From: a virus
Direction: 5' to 3' (one strand)
Virus record (IMG/VR): IMGVR_UViG_3300032323_003671
Location: 9,263-73,262 of that record
Length of the DNA stretch: 64,000 nucleotides
The position numbers were made by a program, and so were the translations under genes. How positions within the stretch are numbered: the stretch's first letter is position 1; each line of letters opens with the position of its first letter. Shown one piece after another: positions 47,745 to 56,684 of this stretch. The notes under the pieces were generated by a model. That model was not told the DNA's origin. It saw only the letters and a list, made by a program, of their open reading frames with translations, and did no database searches.

Positions 47745-48013
47745 TGAATAGCATTGGCCAGACAATTTGGACGTATGAGCTAAACAATAATTCGATTTTA
47801 ATTGATCGTACTTATGGTTTAACTATCATTTCATTTACATTAATTTCTGGTGCAGGATTTTATCAAGGTGCAAGTCTAGCCAATTCAATTGCTTCTACGC
47901 CTGTAAACCTAGTAGTAGGTCAAGCTGTAACCATTTGTAGTGATTCAAATAATCCATTAGATCAGTTTCTTATTTCCACAACTGGAGTAATTGCAATAAT
48001 TGGAAAACAATAG
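47744..48013 (+). CDS. small beta-rich structural protein, paralog of 43537
   Basis: Full-length similarity to 43537..43803. Confidence 0.7.
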   Translation: MNSIGQTIWTYELNNNSILIDRTYGLTIISFTLISGAGFYQGASLANSIASTPVNLVVGQAVTICSDSNNPLDQFLISTTGVIAIIGKQ

Positions 48014-48015
48014 AT

Positions 48016-48528
48016 ATGTGTGATAGCTTTGGATTTGATTCAATAAATTCTGGTTCAGCACCTGCAGCACAAAATATCTATGGTAGTTATTTTGATACTA
48101 CTATTCAACAAGCATTAGTTATCAATACTCCTTATGCCATGCTGCTAGATACGGTTGATGTGCAAAATGGCGTACAATTACTTGCTGGATCTCAAATAAA
48201 AGTATTCAATACTGGAGTTTATAATTTGCAATTCTCAGCACAATTATTTAGAACGGGAGGTGGTAATCCTGCATCTATCGATATTTGGATTCGGAAAAAT
48301 GGAACTACAAACGTACCTCATTCAAACACTAAAGTTGACATTCAATCAAATAGTGTATTTCTTGTAGCTGCATGGAATTGGTTTGTTTCTTTGAATGCAG
48401 GCGAATTTGTAGAAATAATGTGGTCAGTTACCGATAATAGGATTCAACTTCAATCAGCACCAGAAAATTTAATAATTCCACATCCTGCAATCCCATCTTT
48501 GATTACGACTATCAATAAAGTTAGTTGA
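48016..48528 (+). CDS. C1q/BclA-C-like beta-sandwich protein (receptor-binding/decoration candidate)
   Basis: I.V..TGVYNLQFSAQ, IWIRKNG, L.AG.FVEI. Confidence 0.6.
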   Translation: MCDSFGFDSINSGSAPAAQNIYGSYFDTTIQQALVINTPYAMLLDTVDVQNGVQLLAGSQIKVFNTGVYNLQFSAQLFRTGGGNPASIDIWIRKNGTTNVPHSNTKVDIQSNSVFLVAAWNWFVSLNAGEFVEIMWSVTDNRIQLQSAPENLIIPHPAIPSLITTINKVS

Positions 48529-48598
48529 TTTTTTATAGTCAACTTTATTAACAATCTGATTTATTGAATTATATTTGTTCAAACTTAAATAAATAGAT

Positions 48599-48838
48599 AT
48601 GAGCTTAACTGGAATGCTTGGCGGATTAATTGACAGTGAAGGAATAGTAACTGAGAAAATCCAAACAACTCTTGATGATTTATCAGAGGAACTAAAAGAA
48701 CCTAACTTTCGTAATTTCTTTATTACGATTATCCCAATCAATGAAGAATTTGATTTTCAATGCGTTGTTTATCATAGAACACCAGAAGGAATAAAAATGG
48801 TTAGAGAAATCACTATCAAAGAAATCGTTGAAAAATAA
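48599..48838 (+). CDS. hypothetical protein
   Basis: 79 aa; TATATTTG promoter element at 48570. Confidence 0.6.
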   Translation: MSLTGMLGGLIDSEGIVTEKIQTTLDDLSEELKEPNFRNFFITIIPINEEFDFQCVVYHRTPEGIKMVREITIKEIVEK

Positions 48839-49197
48839 TGAAAATCGATAGAATATATATCAGTCTATCGTTATCGCTATTTTGCTTAATATTTAGTATC
48901 TGGAGTTATTTCAATTCGAATAAAAAGGATTCAATTAACTCCAATGATACTATTGAAAATTATTTTCTCGATCAAAGAAAATCGATTGAGAAACAAAATC
49001 AATTGCTCATTCACAAACTGGATAGTTTAGAAAAAAAGATTGACAAGAATCAAATTAAACTTGTCCAAATCCAAAACCAGAAAAAAGAAATCGAGTATGT
49101 CTACCAAAATAAAATTAATCAGATTGATGCTTACTATACTAATGGTATCGTCAATGAATTCAATTTGCTTTTCTCAAAAGGTAATTTCCGAAAATAA
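48838..49197 (+). CDS. spanin-like inner-membrane coiled-coil protein
   Basis: N-terminal TM plus coiled coil; overlaps next gene. Confidence 0.5.
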   Translation: MKIDRIYISLSLSLFCLIFSIWSYFNSNKKDSINSNDTIENYFLDQRKSIEKQNQLLIHKLDSLEKKIDKNQIKLVQIQNQKKEIEYVYQNKINQIDAYYTNGIVNEFNLLFSKGNFRK

Positions 49198-49537
49198 TGA
49201 CACTTTGATATGTTTTGATTTAGAACAATCAAAATACATTCTTAAAGAAATGAATCATGCTATCTTTTTAGATAGCATTAATCGCCTCTCGCAATCCGAA
49301 ATAAGATTATTGAACACTACTATCAAAGATTTACAGATAATCGTTGAGAGCCAAAAAGAACAGATAATTTTAAGAGATGTCGATTACAAGATATCCAAGA
49401 CCGAAACAAAATTGCTAAAAGAAAAAAACGAATCCCTTAAAAAAGAGATCCGTTTACAAAAGTTTTACAAATGGCTGTCAATTGGCGTAGGTACAATAAC
49501 TACTTCATTTATGACTTATTTGTATCTGACAAAATAG
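49127..49537 (+). CDS. spanin-like coiled-coil protein with signal peptide and C-terminal TM
   Basis: Starts within the previous gene; ATG 49127 preferred. Confidence 0.5.
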   Translation: MLTILMVSSMNSICFSQKVISENNDTLICFDLEQSKYILKEMNHAIFLDSINRLSQSEIRLLNTTIKDLQIIVESQKEQIILRDVDYKISKTETKLLKEKNESLKKEIRLQKFYKWLSIGVGTITTSFMTYLYLTK

Positions 49538-49745
49538 ATTTACCCTTAGTATTTAAGTACTCAGTGTAATCTGAAATTAAATAGCAAGACCAAGCCTTAT
49601 CCTTTTCTTTTCGAACTACAGGACATGATCTACCAAGGCAGAATTTCATGAATGGAATTCTGTGTTCTTTCGGAATATCATCTATCACAATGTAGTGAAC
49701 ATTTCGAATAGGATTTTTCCAATTAATTTCAGGTGCGCTTTTCAT
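49509..49745 (-). CDS. hypothetical protein
   Basis: Last ORF of the - strand run. Confidence 0.55.
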   Translation of the reverse strand: MKSAPEINWKNPIRNVHYIVIDDIPKEHRIPFMKFCLGRSCPVVRKEKDKAWSCYLISDYTEYLNTKGKSILSDTNKS

Positions 49746-49811
49746 TATTTTTTTGTTATTGTACCTTAGTGTGCTTTAAATAAAATAAAGGATTTCTTAT
49801 TTTAATTTTGA

Positions 49812-50087
49812 CTAAACACCAGAATATTGTCTTTCTGTGATATTCGCATGCGTAAGATTATTTTCTTCATCTGTAATTAATGACATGTATCCCATCGTAG
49901 AGATATGGTACTTGTAATCATTAATTTCAGGAACAAAATCTTTGGTGGTGGTAGCTATTGCAAAGATAGTAATTCCTGCAACAAGAATTTCTTGATCATC
50001 AAATAGAATCCTCCATTGTTCACCAGGATTATTAGCTGCAGTATTAAAACGAATTTTGTAAGTTTTCAGATTCAATTCAGTTGACAT
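49812..50087 (-). CDS. hypothetical protein
   Basis: 91-aa ORF. Confidence 0.6.
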   Translation of the reverse strand: MSTELNLKTYKIRFNTAANNPGEQWRILFDDQEILVAGITIFAIATTTKDFVPEINDYKYHISTMGYMSLITDEENNLTHANITERQYSGV

Positions 50088-50092
50088 AATTT

Positions 50093-50836
50093 TTAGTATT
50101 TATTGGTAATTAACCATCTTAAAATGGTTTGAACATTGACTACAATTTCAGGATTCATATATTTTCTAGCAAATGCTCTAGCAATTGGGAATCCATATTT
50201 TGCATCTCTTACAGAAAAAAGATGATGATTGATTAGTTGAGTGGTATGATCATAAATCTCTTTACTAGTTTTTCCCCAAACTTTTGAAATTAATTTTCTT
50301 TCATAATCCACTTTTACTTCAAAATCATTATCGGCAGCTTCAAGGCATAAATTCAATTGATCAGGAGAATATCTATTTAAGTAAGAATTTACTTCAATTA
50401 AAAAATCTTTGATTTTATTATCATAATTCTCTAGACCATTAACGATATCTTCATTATTTTTCATCTGCTCACGAATTTTTGTAGCTGAAATATCAGCAAC
50501 ATCTGCAGGCGGAAGATGCTCTATAATGTCATAACCAACACCTCTACCAAAGTTTACACTTTCGATATCTGGAACAATAATTACTTTGATGCATCCTTTT
50601 TCAATTTCTTTAAAAAATCGTAAGTTCAATGCCTTTTCAATTTCTAATGCTGGCCATGGATTTTTATCATCTACTGGAACATCTCGAATGGCAATACAAA
50701 CATTTTTACCTTCGTTCAAAGATTGATTAATTAGCCATTGGTGGCCATCATGCCAAGGTTGCCATCTACCGATATACAAACAAAATTTGTTAGGTGCATC
50801 GGTTTTGTTTTCAGAAGTCTTATGATATAAATTCAT
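50093..50836 (-). CDS. HxGH nucleotidyltransferase (cytidylyltransferase-like; candidate ATP sulfurylase)
   Basis: GRWQPWHDGH and ISATKIR motifs; stop/start overlap with APS kinase. Confidence 0.8.
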   Translation of the reverse strand: MNLYHKTSENKTDAPNKFCLYIGRWQPWHDGHQWLINQSLNEGKNVCIAIRDVPVDDKNPWPALEIEKALNLRFFKEIEKGCIKVIIVPDIESVNFGRGVGYDIIEHLPPADVADISATKIREQMKNNEDIVNGLENYDNKIKDFLIEVNSYLNRYSPDQLNLCLEAADNDFEVKVDYERKLISKVWGKTSKEIYDHTTQLINHHLFSVRDAKYGFPIARAFARKYMNPEIVVNVQTILRWLITNKY

Positions 50837-51303
50837 TAGATAAGAATAGTTAAAAGATTGATAAACGATTGAAAAGGAGTTAATCCTGTAGTATCAATTG
50901 CAACTGCATCAGATATTTCAAAAGGAGAAGGTTGTTCAAAATAGTCTACAAAGTATTCTTCTCTACCTCTTTTTTCTGAACAATGGACGTATATTTCAAC
51001 ACCACCTACTTCTTTGCAGAAATCCATTCTCTGATCACGAAAAGGACTAACCATACAAACGATAACAATAATATCGTTTTGGATTAGAAATCGGCAACAA
51101 GATTGAACCAAGTCAACGTTTTTCAATCTACCTTCTTTGGAGTAGTCTTGATTCTTAAAAATGTCTCTGATATTATCACCATCGAGAATGACAACTTTTT
51201 TTCCAATTTCAAATTTGTCGATGTGTTCTTTTAGCAAATTAGCTAAAGTGGTTTTACCAGCACCAGGTTGGCCAGTAAACCAATAAAGGTTTCTTAATTC
51301 CAT
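50836..51303 (-). CDS. cysC: adenylyl-sulfate (APS) kinase
   Basis: WFTGQPGAGKTT, LDGDNIR, YS.EGR..N, VSPF...R. Confidence 0.9.
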   Translation of the reverse strand: MELRNLYWFTGQPGAGKTTLANLLKEHIDKFEIGKKVVILDGDNIRDIFKNQDYSKEGRLKNVDLVQSCCRFLIQNDIIVIVCMVSPFRDQRMDFCKEVGGVEIYVHCSEKRGREEYFVDYFEQPSPFEISDAVAIDTTGLTPFQSFINLLTILI

Positions 51304-51432
51304 GCTTATTTATTTGAAGTAAAATACCCATAAAGGGCTAGTGTAAAGATAAGTAAAAATAGGCAAATTAAAGCGTAAAAAGCAGCTTTAGATGTATATT
51401 CATACTTCAAGTTTGACCTCTGATCCCAAACT

Positions 51433-51666
51433 TCAATTTGTCGTTTCTTCGGTTTTTTCATCTTGGTAAAGATTATCGATTTTTACTACAGCTTCATAAA
51501 TGGTTAAATTATCATTTGCATGTTCAACCAAAGTCGCCATTATTTGTCTTTTACAATCCTTAACATTTTTATTGATGTTCCAGTTGATAAGTCTGATAAT
51601 TTCCTTTTTCTTATCTTTTGGAATTTCAGTTAAGGACTGAATCAATTCTTCTAAAGATTCATCCAT
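51433..51666 (-). CDS. hypothetical protein
   Basis: 77-aa ORF. Confidence 0.55.
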   Translation of the reverse strand: MDESLEELIQSLTEIPKDKKKEIIRLINWNINKNVKDCKRQIMATLVEHANDNLTIYEAVVKIDNLYQDEKTEETTN

Positions 51667-51675
51667 AAATAAAAA

Positions 51676-52140
51676 CTATTTTTTTAAAATTCTCTTAGTC
51701 GGCACATAACAAAAAACGGAATCATCATCATAAGAATAGAATCTCTTCAAATATCCTTTCTTGAAAAATTTGGACAACAATCTAGAGATATCTTTTCTAG
51801 TTAATTCAAAGTTTTGTTCTTTGATAAGAAAATTAGCTATCGTGCTTGTTGTAAAGGTAGTATCATAAAAAGATTCTCGAATAGTATCTTTTACCAATTT
51901 TGTCTTGTTTTCAACTTTTTTTGGCGTACTCTCCACTTGTGCATCTTCTACCACATTAATAACAATTACGTTTGGATTATTAGGATCTTGCTTGGCACTC
52001 TGATGAAGATTATCAACCATTTTATCCCAATCAGCTTCTTTATCCACTTCTTGCTCTGTAGATTCAATCTTTGAACACTTAAAAAATTTACACCAAAAAC
52101 GAACAACGAAGTCTGGCATAGAATAGAATAACTTTTTCAT
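51676..52140 (-). CDS. protein with C-terminal winged-helix-like domain
   Basis: FTTSTIA..L....TRKDISRLLSKF.KKGYLKR. Confidence 0.55.
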   Translation of the reverse strand: MKKLFYSMPDFVVRFWCKFFKCSKIESTEQEVDKEADWDKMVDNLHQSAKQDPNNPNVIVINVVEDAQVESTPKKVENKTKLVKDTIRESFYDTTFTTSTIANFLIKEQNFELTRKDISRLLSKFFKKGYLKRFYSYDDDSVFCYVPTKRILKK

Positions 52141-52159
52141 AGTTTAAGTTTATTAAATA

Positions 52160-52411
52160 TTAATTATGATTCAACTGATCAACCTGAATCAATCCCATTA
52201 CAGTTGATTTATTCATGCTAATTGATTGACTTTTTTCATTGATCACATCTCCTTTGTTGACACAGTACAATGGCTCAATGCCTGGATAATTCTTGTAATG
52301 AATGTTTAAAGCTGATTGCATGTCCTTAGCTTCAATATTGTACGAATTCAAATACATCGTCTCAGAATTTGGATAAAAGACAACATGGTACAATTTTAAG
52401 ATACTTTTCAT
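52160..52411 (-). CDS. hypothetical protein
   Basis: 83-aa ORF. Confidence 0.55.
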   Translation of the reverse strand: MKSILKLYHVVFYPNSETMYLNSYNIEAKDMQSALNIHYKNYPGIEPLYCVNKGDVINEKSQSISMNKSTVMGLIQVDQLNHN

Positions 52412-52435
52412 TCTTATTTATTTAGGGGTTAAAAA

Positions 52436-52684
52436 CTAATTCCAGGTTACTTGATGCTTAATAATATCCAAGGCAACTTTAAAATGTACAAAGTTGTAAG
52501 GATCTAATCTATTTTGTTTACAAACCTGTTTTACCATCAGCATAGTTCCATACATGTCGTTTGACATCATTTTCATAACGTCTTGTTCGGCAAGAGGTAA
52601 GTAACTGATTTCAATCACTTTCACATTTTTTAAATTGTCCATTTCAGTATGATTTAACAGAACAAATATATAAACAATTAACAT
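52436..52684 (-). CDS. hypothetical protein
   Basis: ORF; true start may be internal MDNLKN. Confidence 0.5.
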   Translation of the reverse strand: MLIVYIFVLLNHTEMDNLKNVKVIEISYLPLAEQDVMKMMSNDMYGTMLMVKQVCKQNRLDPYNFVHFKVALDIIKHQVTWN

Positions 52685-52756
52685 TTGTTGTGTTATCGTA
52701 CAACATATTTATTAACAATAGATTGTAAATAATTAACAATACGTGAAAATTTAGGG

Positions 52757-52787
52757 AAAAAGAAAAGGCATCGTGTAGCCGATGCCT
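52757..52787 (-). terminator. intrinsic terminator
   Basis: AGGCATCG / CGATGCCT hairpin plus TTTTCTTTTT on the - strand. Confidence 0.75.
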
Positions 52788-52851
52788 CTCCCATAAGAAC
52801 GAATGAATATCAAAGATAATAAATAGTTTGAATCCGATATCGTCAATTAAA

Positions 52852-53295
52852 TTATTTACTTGAAGAATCCCATTCTTTCTCTGTCTGCAGGTATTTCTGA
52901 TAATCGTTTGTTACGCAAATAAAAATAGTATTTGAATGGCTTTCGTATTCGTATTCTGCTATCCACAACCATCCATGAACAAAGTCCAGATAAAAAGGCT
53001 TATCTTCATCAATAGTACCAACATAGTTTTTGAATATTCTACTATCAGTTATGCTTTTCAAATCAATATTGGTATCAGACTCTACATGAGGAATAATATT
53101 ATCAATAAAAGCTGGTAAAATTCTGGATTCTAAGATAGCTCCTTCAAGTTCTGTTATTTGATCTTCACTTAATCCGATTTTACTACCTAGTGGTAAAATA
53201 TGTGGTAAGTAAAAGTCAATACCTATATTATGATTAATGTTATCCCATGGATCTAACACAACCAATCGATAAGATACTTTTTGCTCCATTACCAT
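52852..53295 (-). CDS. hypothetical protein
   Basis: 147-aa ORF. Confidence 0.6.
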   Translation of the reverse strand: MVMEQKVSYRLVVLDPWDNINHNIGIDFYLPHILPLGSKIGLSEDQITELEGAILESRILPAFIDNIIPHVESDTNIDLKSITDSRIFKNYVGTIDEDKPFYLDFVHGWLWIAEYEYESHSNTIFICVTNDYQKYLQTEKEWDSSSK

Positions 53296-53792
53296 ATGTT
53301 ATAGCGTAAAACATCCATACCGAAAGACAAATCATATTTTTGCATGATTTTGTCTTTGATTTCTTCTAAGCTGGTTTCTCCTAAATTTCTAAAACGAAGT
53401 AGTCGCTTCTCTTCTAGGGAAACCAAATCCCCAAGGATTTCAACATCACCACCCAACAAACAATTCTTGGTTCTTTCTGATAAACCTAAATGAATGATTT
53501 TCGTTTGCAGTAATTTTTTCATTGCATTGAAGCGTTTTTTATAGCCTATCAAATCAAAAGTTTCATGATATATTTGCTTAAAATCAATATCTTCAATATC
53601 AGATTTTGAGTTGGCATTTTTCAAACAATTTTTTGCAAAGTCTACACAATCATTATAATGTCGATTGTCAGCCTCTTTCAAAATTGAACTAAATTTTACC
53701 ATGAGTTCGTATGAATTGTAACGATTTCTTTCAATTTGTGTGAGCAAAAATTGTATTTCATCGCTTAACCATTGTGTTGAATGTTCTTGCAT
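53289..53792 (-). CDS. RNA polymerase alpha C-terminal domain-containing protein
   Basis: LGLSERTKNCL....V..LGDLV......LLRFRNLGETSLEEI....LSFGMD. Confidence 0.85.
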   Translation of the reverse strand: MQEHSTQWLSDEIQFLLTQIERNRYNSYELMVKFSSILKEADNRHYNDCVDFAKNCLKNANSKSDIEDIDFKQIYHETFDLIGYKKRFNAMKKLLQTKIIHLGLSERTKNCLLGGDVEILGDLVSLEEKRLLRFRNLGETSLEEIKDKIMQKYDLSFGMDVLRYNIW

Positions 53793-53995
53793 CGTTCTTG
53801 TTTTTTAAAGTTGTGGTTGATAATTTTAGCATTAAAATTTAATTGTCCTTTGTAGTATTTGGTAAGGTAATCAGCTTCAGTTCTATTGAATCTAAAAGAA
53901 GCACTAAACTTTTTATTGGATTCCTTTAAAATGTTATCCCAATCTCTGATATTGCTAGAATTCAGTTCTTCTACAAATTCAATAATTCGGTTCAT
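53765..53995 (-). CDS. hypothetical protein
   Basis: 76-aa ORF. Confidence 0.5.
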   Translation of the reverse strand: MNRIIEFVEELNSSNIRDWDNILKESNKKFSASFRFNRTEADYLTKYYKGQLNFNAKIINHNFKKQERCKNIQHNG

Positions 53996-54007
53996 ATTGA
54001 AATTGAA

Positions 54008-54154
54008 TTAAAACCATTGTTTTGAACATTTTTGACATTCATAAATTAATGAAGTTCCTTCTATATCTACAATTTCCATTTTGGTATTGCAGCATGGACT
54101 TTTTTTTCTAATGTAATTGATAATATCAATGATTCCCAAAAATATTTTTTTCAT
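54008..54154 (-). CDS. small zinc-ribbon-like protein (48 aa, not in ORF track)
   Basis: SPCC...YECQKC. Confidence 0.5.
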   Translation of the reverse strand: MKKIFLGIIDIINYIRKKSPCCNTKMEIVDIEGTSLIYECQKCSKQWF

Positions 54155-54179
54155 TCTTCTATTTGTTTTTCTTGTTTTT

Positions 54180-54211
54180 TAGACATTTTCTAGACATTTT
54201 CTAGACATTTT
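54180..54211. repeat. 11-bp tandem repeat x3 (TAGACATTTTC)
   Basis: Seen directly in the intergenic gap. Confidence 0.85.
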
Positions 54212-54346
54212 TTAAATTAATCCAATATAAATACCTAAGCCAATTGTAATCAGAGTTATTAGTTCCAAAATAAGAAATCCCCAACCTTCCTGGTCTTCTT
54301 TGCGATCACGACCATGGTCATGATTATTTTGGTTTTTATAGTTCAT
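54212..54346 (-). CDS. 44-aa membrane peptide (not in ORF track)
   Basis: Preceded by the AACAAGAACAATG junction motif; C-terminal TM. Confidence 0.55.
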   Translation of the reverse strand: MNYKNQNNHDHGRDRKEDQEGWGFLILELITLITIGLGIYIGLI

Positions 54347-54358
54347 TGTTCTTGTTGT

Positions 54359-54595
54359 TTAGTTAGTTCTTTCACTAATTTGATATTTATTCCATTTAAA
54401 AGGATTTGTAGTATCAATTTCTCTCCAAATTCCTATTATTCCAAACATAACTAAACCTATTAATACTCCGAAAATAATAACTACATAGGTCAATGGATTA
54501 AATGGGTTGATTCTAAATTTAATCCAAGTTCCATATGAATCTTCATATTGCTTTTCCTGTTTAATATATAGATACTTAAATATTTTATTCTTCAT
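54359..54595 (-). CDS. small membrane protein
   Basis: RINPFNPLTY plus TM. Confidence 0.6.
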   Translation of the reverse strand: MKNKIFKYLYIKQEKQYEDSYGTWIKFRINPFNPLTYVVIIFGVLIGLVMFGIIGIWREIDTTNPFKWNKYQISERTN

Positions 54596-54824
54596 TATTT
54601 TTGTTATTAAAGGTTTCTAACTCTTGTGTAAGAATAGCATTCATTTCTTTTTGTGATTCAAGTTCTGATTCTAACTGAATAATTCTTTCAGCACTAAACT
54701 CTTTTAGTCTTTTTTGATAATGTTCAAGTTGTACTTGTTGGGATATTGCTATTATCCTTAAAGCATTAAATTGAATAACCAGTCCATCGTAATCTTTTGC
54801 TAAATCTATCTTTTGAAAGTTCAT
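54585..54824 (-). CDS. coiled-coil hypothetical protein
   Basis: 79-aa ORF. Confidence 0.55.
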   Translation of the reverse strand: MNFQKIDLAKDYDGLVIQFNALRIIAISQQVQLEHYQKRLKEFSAERIIQLESELESQKEMNAILTQELETFNNKNNEE

Positions 54825-54826
54825 TG

Positions 54827-55075
54827 TTAATGTTGTTTACATTGTTTGTAATAGACTTCTAAAATTTCTTTATCTGTATAAGTCCAACCATCATACTGCC
54901 ATCCACCTTGAACTTCAACTGCATTATTTCTAATCCATTCTAACAAAGAAATTTTCTGATCCTTCTCCATTTCTTTGGCTTCAAGTTCTAATTGACATAA
55001 AAGTTCATAATGTTCTTCTTTAGTTACACCAAGTGATTGCAACTTAGTCATCAACCATTCTACTGCTATTTTCAT
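54827..55075 (-). CDS. phage hypothetical protein
   Basis: MK.AVEWL...EAKEMEK.Q pattern. Confidence 0.6.
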   Translation of the reverse strand: MKIAVEWLMTKLQSLGVTKEEHYELLCQLELEAKEMEKDQKISLLEWIRNNAVEVQGGWQYDGWTYTDKEILEVYYKQCKQH

Positions 55076-55431
55076 TGTTCTTGTTTAAAGGTTTCAAAAT
55101 AAAATTTAACATCCGTATTAGTTTCAGTAACTAATCCGTAACGCTTGGCAAACTTGTATTGCGTACTATATTGATTTAGTGAGTTAACAAATTGTTTTAT
55201 GTTATTTCTAAATTGTTCAAGTGAATATGAGTTCTTTTGAATGTTGCAACTTGCACAAGCAGGATTCATATTGTCAATGTTATGATTGTGAGGTTTTTCA
55301 CAAGAACTATCTCTCAAACTTCTAACAATCGGTTCAATGTGGTCTATATGCCAACCTTTTTGCAACTCGCATCCGCAATAAGCGCACTTGCCTCCATATT
55401 TATTAAAGATAATCTGCCTATCTTTCTTCAT
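55072..55431 (-). CDS. HNH endonuclease
   Basis: CAYCG, HIDHIEP, N..PACASCN..K. Confidence 0.9.
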   Translation of the reverse strand: MKKDRQIIFNKYGGKCAYCGCELQKGWHIDHIEPIVRSLRDSSCEKPHNHNIDNMNPACASCNIQKNSYSLEQFRNNIKQFVNSLNQYSTQYKFAKRYGLVTETNTDVKFYFETFKQEQ

Positions 55432-55817
55432 TGTTTTTGTTGTTTAAGTTCTTCTCCTGTTAATACAAAGTATAGGTTTTGAAGTTGGTGGACATATTCT
55501 ATATTAACACAAAAATCACCTGTACCTGTTGTTAATATAAGTTTGCCTTGACAAAAACTAAATGGTGTATTTGGTAAGTTAAATGTACAAGGTAAGTTTA
55601 ACGGTGCAATAGCAATACTTGTTAGTGCAATACCTACTTTATCAAACCCAAACTTCAACAACCATTCTTCGGTTAATGGGATAGGCTCAACATCCATCAT
55701 ATTATTAAGAAACAGAAGAAAATAATATTCATTAAGTTCTACAGGTTCTTCATATACTTTTTTTTCGGGTGATTTACCTTTAATCAAATTACCAATTCTT
55801 AATTCACTTGCTTTCAT
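55428..55817 (-). CDS. MKASELR-family protein, copy 1
   Basis: MKASELRIGNL / PIPLTEEWL.KFGF / YVHQLQNLYF. Confidence 0.75.
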   Translation of the reverse strand: MKASELRIGNLIKGKSPEKKVYEEPVELNEYYFLLFLNNMMDVEPIPLTEEWLLKFGFDKVGIALTSIAIAPLNLPCTFNLPNTPFSFCQGKLILTTGTGDFCVNIEYVHQLQNLYFVLTGEELKQQKQ

Positions 55818-56089
55818 TGTTCTTGTTGTTTAAATGTATTATTGTAATATTCTTCTGCTGTTATGTGATCATCTTCTTTAAAAAATGACTGATAATTGCT
55901 GCACATTAAATCACCTGCCCAATATGAATCAAGTAAATGCTGCCTTTCCAATGGCAAAAGCCTTTCCGCAACTTGGATAGCTTGTTTTAATCCATATTTA
56001 TGACCAATATTTATTGCTCCATTACAACCTTCTCTTTCCTTCAATTCAGCTTCAAGTTCACTGATCAAAGTTTGTAGTGATGTTTTCAT
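55814..56089 (-). CDS. hypothetical protein
   Basis: Ends AEEYYNNTFKQQEQ. Confidence 0.6.
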   Translation of the reverse strand: MKTSLQTLISELEAELKEREGCNGAINIGHKYGLKQAIQVAERLLPLERQHLLDSYWAGDLMCSNYQSFFKEDDHITAEEYYNNTFKQQEQ

Positions 56090-56099
56090 TATCCTTATT

Positions 56100-56411
56100 T
56101 TAATATAGATTTAGCTCAATCGCTTTTTCCAAACTGATAACAATAAATTTTCGCTCAATTGCTTTGTTCAAACTAATTAAACAATCTTCACCTGGGATAT
56201 AGCAAGTATTTTCTTTAAACCAATTCCACATGTGAATTTTCCAACCGAAAGTGCTTGCGTCTTTATAAACTGAAGCACACTTTTTAAATTCTTCTTTTGA
56301 TTTTAATCTGATAACATGCATGACATTATTTTTCTTTTTGATTGTAATGTTCAATTGCTTGTTTAATTTCTTTATTGAAATCCAGATAGTCAAGTTCAGG
56401 ATCACAAACAT
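56100..56411 (-). CDS. hypothetical protein
   Basis: ORF; true start probably internal (MHVIRLK). Confidence 0.45.
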   Translation of the reverse strand: MFVILNLTIWISIKKLNKQLNITIKKKNNVMHVIRLKSKEEFKKCASVYKDASTFGWKIHMWNWFKENTCYIPGEDCLISLNKAIERKFIVISLEKAIELNLY

Positions 56412-56682
56412 TGCTTACTAAAGTCTCATATCCAAAAATTATTCTTGTATGAATATGATAAATATATGTTTGAAAATAATCCATGTAGTAATCCCAATCA
56501 AATGATTTTTCACATTCACAATGTTCAATGATTTTATTAAAATCATCTTCATCTGACCAATCTTCTTTGAATCGTGACCATTCGTATTCATTTTTCGGAT
56601 TTATTTTGCACAACTCATCATTGAATTGTAACCATGTTCTTAAAGTGTTCACATCCTTTTGTGAGGCTTTTGCTATTCTCAT
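56326..56682 (-). CDS. hypothetical protein
   Basis: 118-aa ORF. Confidence 0.6.
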   Translation of the reverse strand: MRIAKASQKDVNTLRTWLQFNDELCKINPKNEYEWSRFKEDWSDEDDFNKIIEHCECEKSFDWDYYMDYFQTYIYHIHTRIIFGYETLVSNVCDPELDYLDFNKEIKQAIEHYNQKEK

Positions 56683-56684
56683 AA

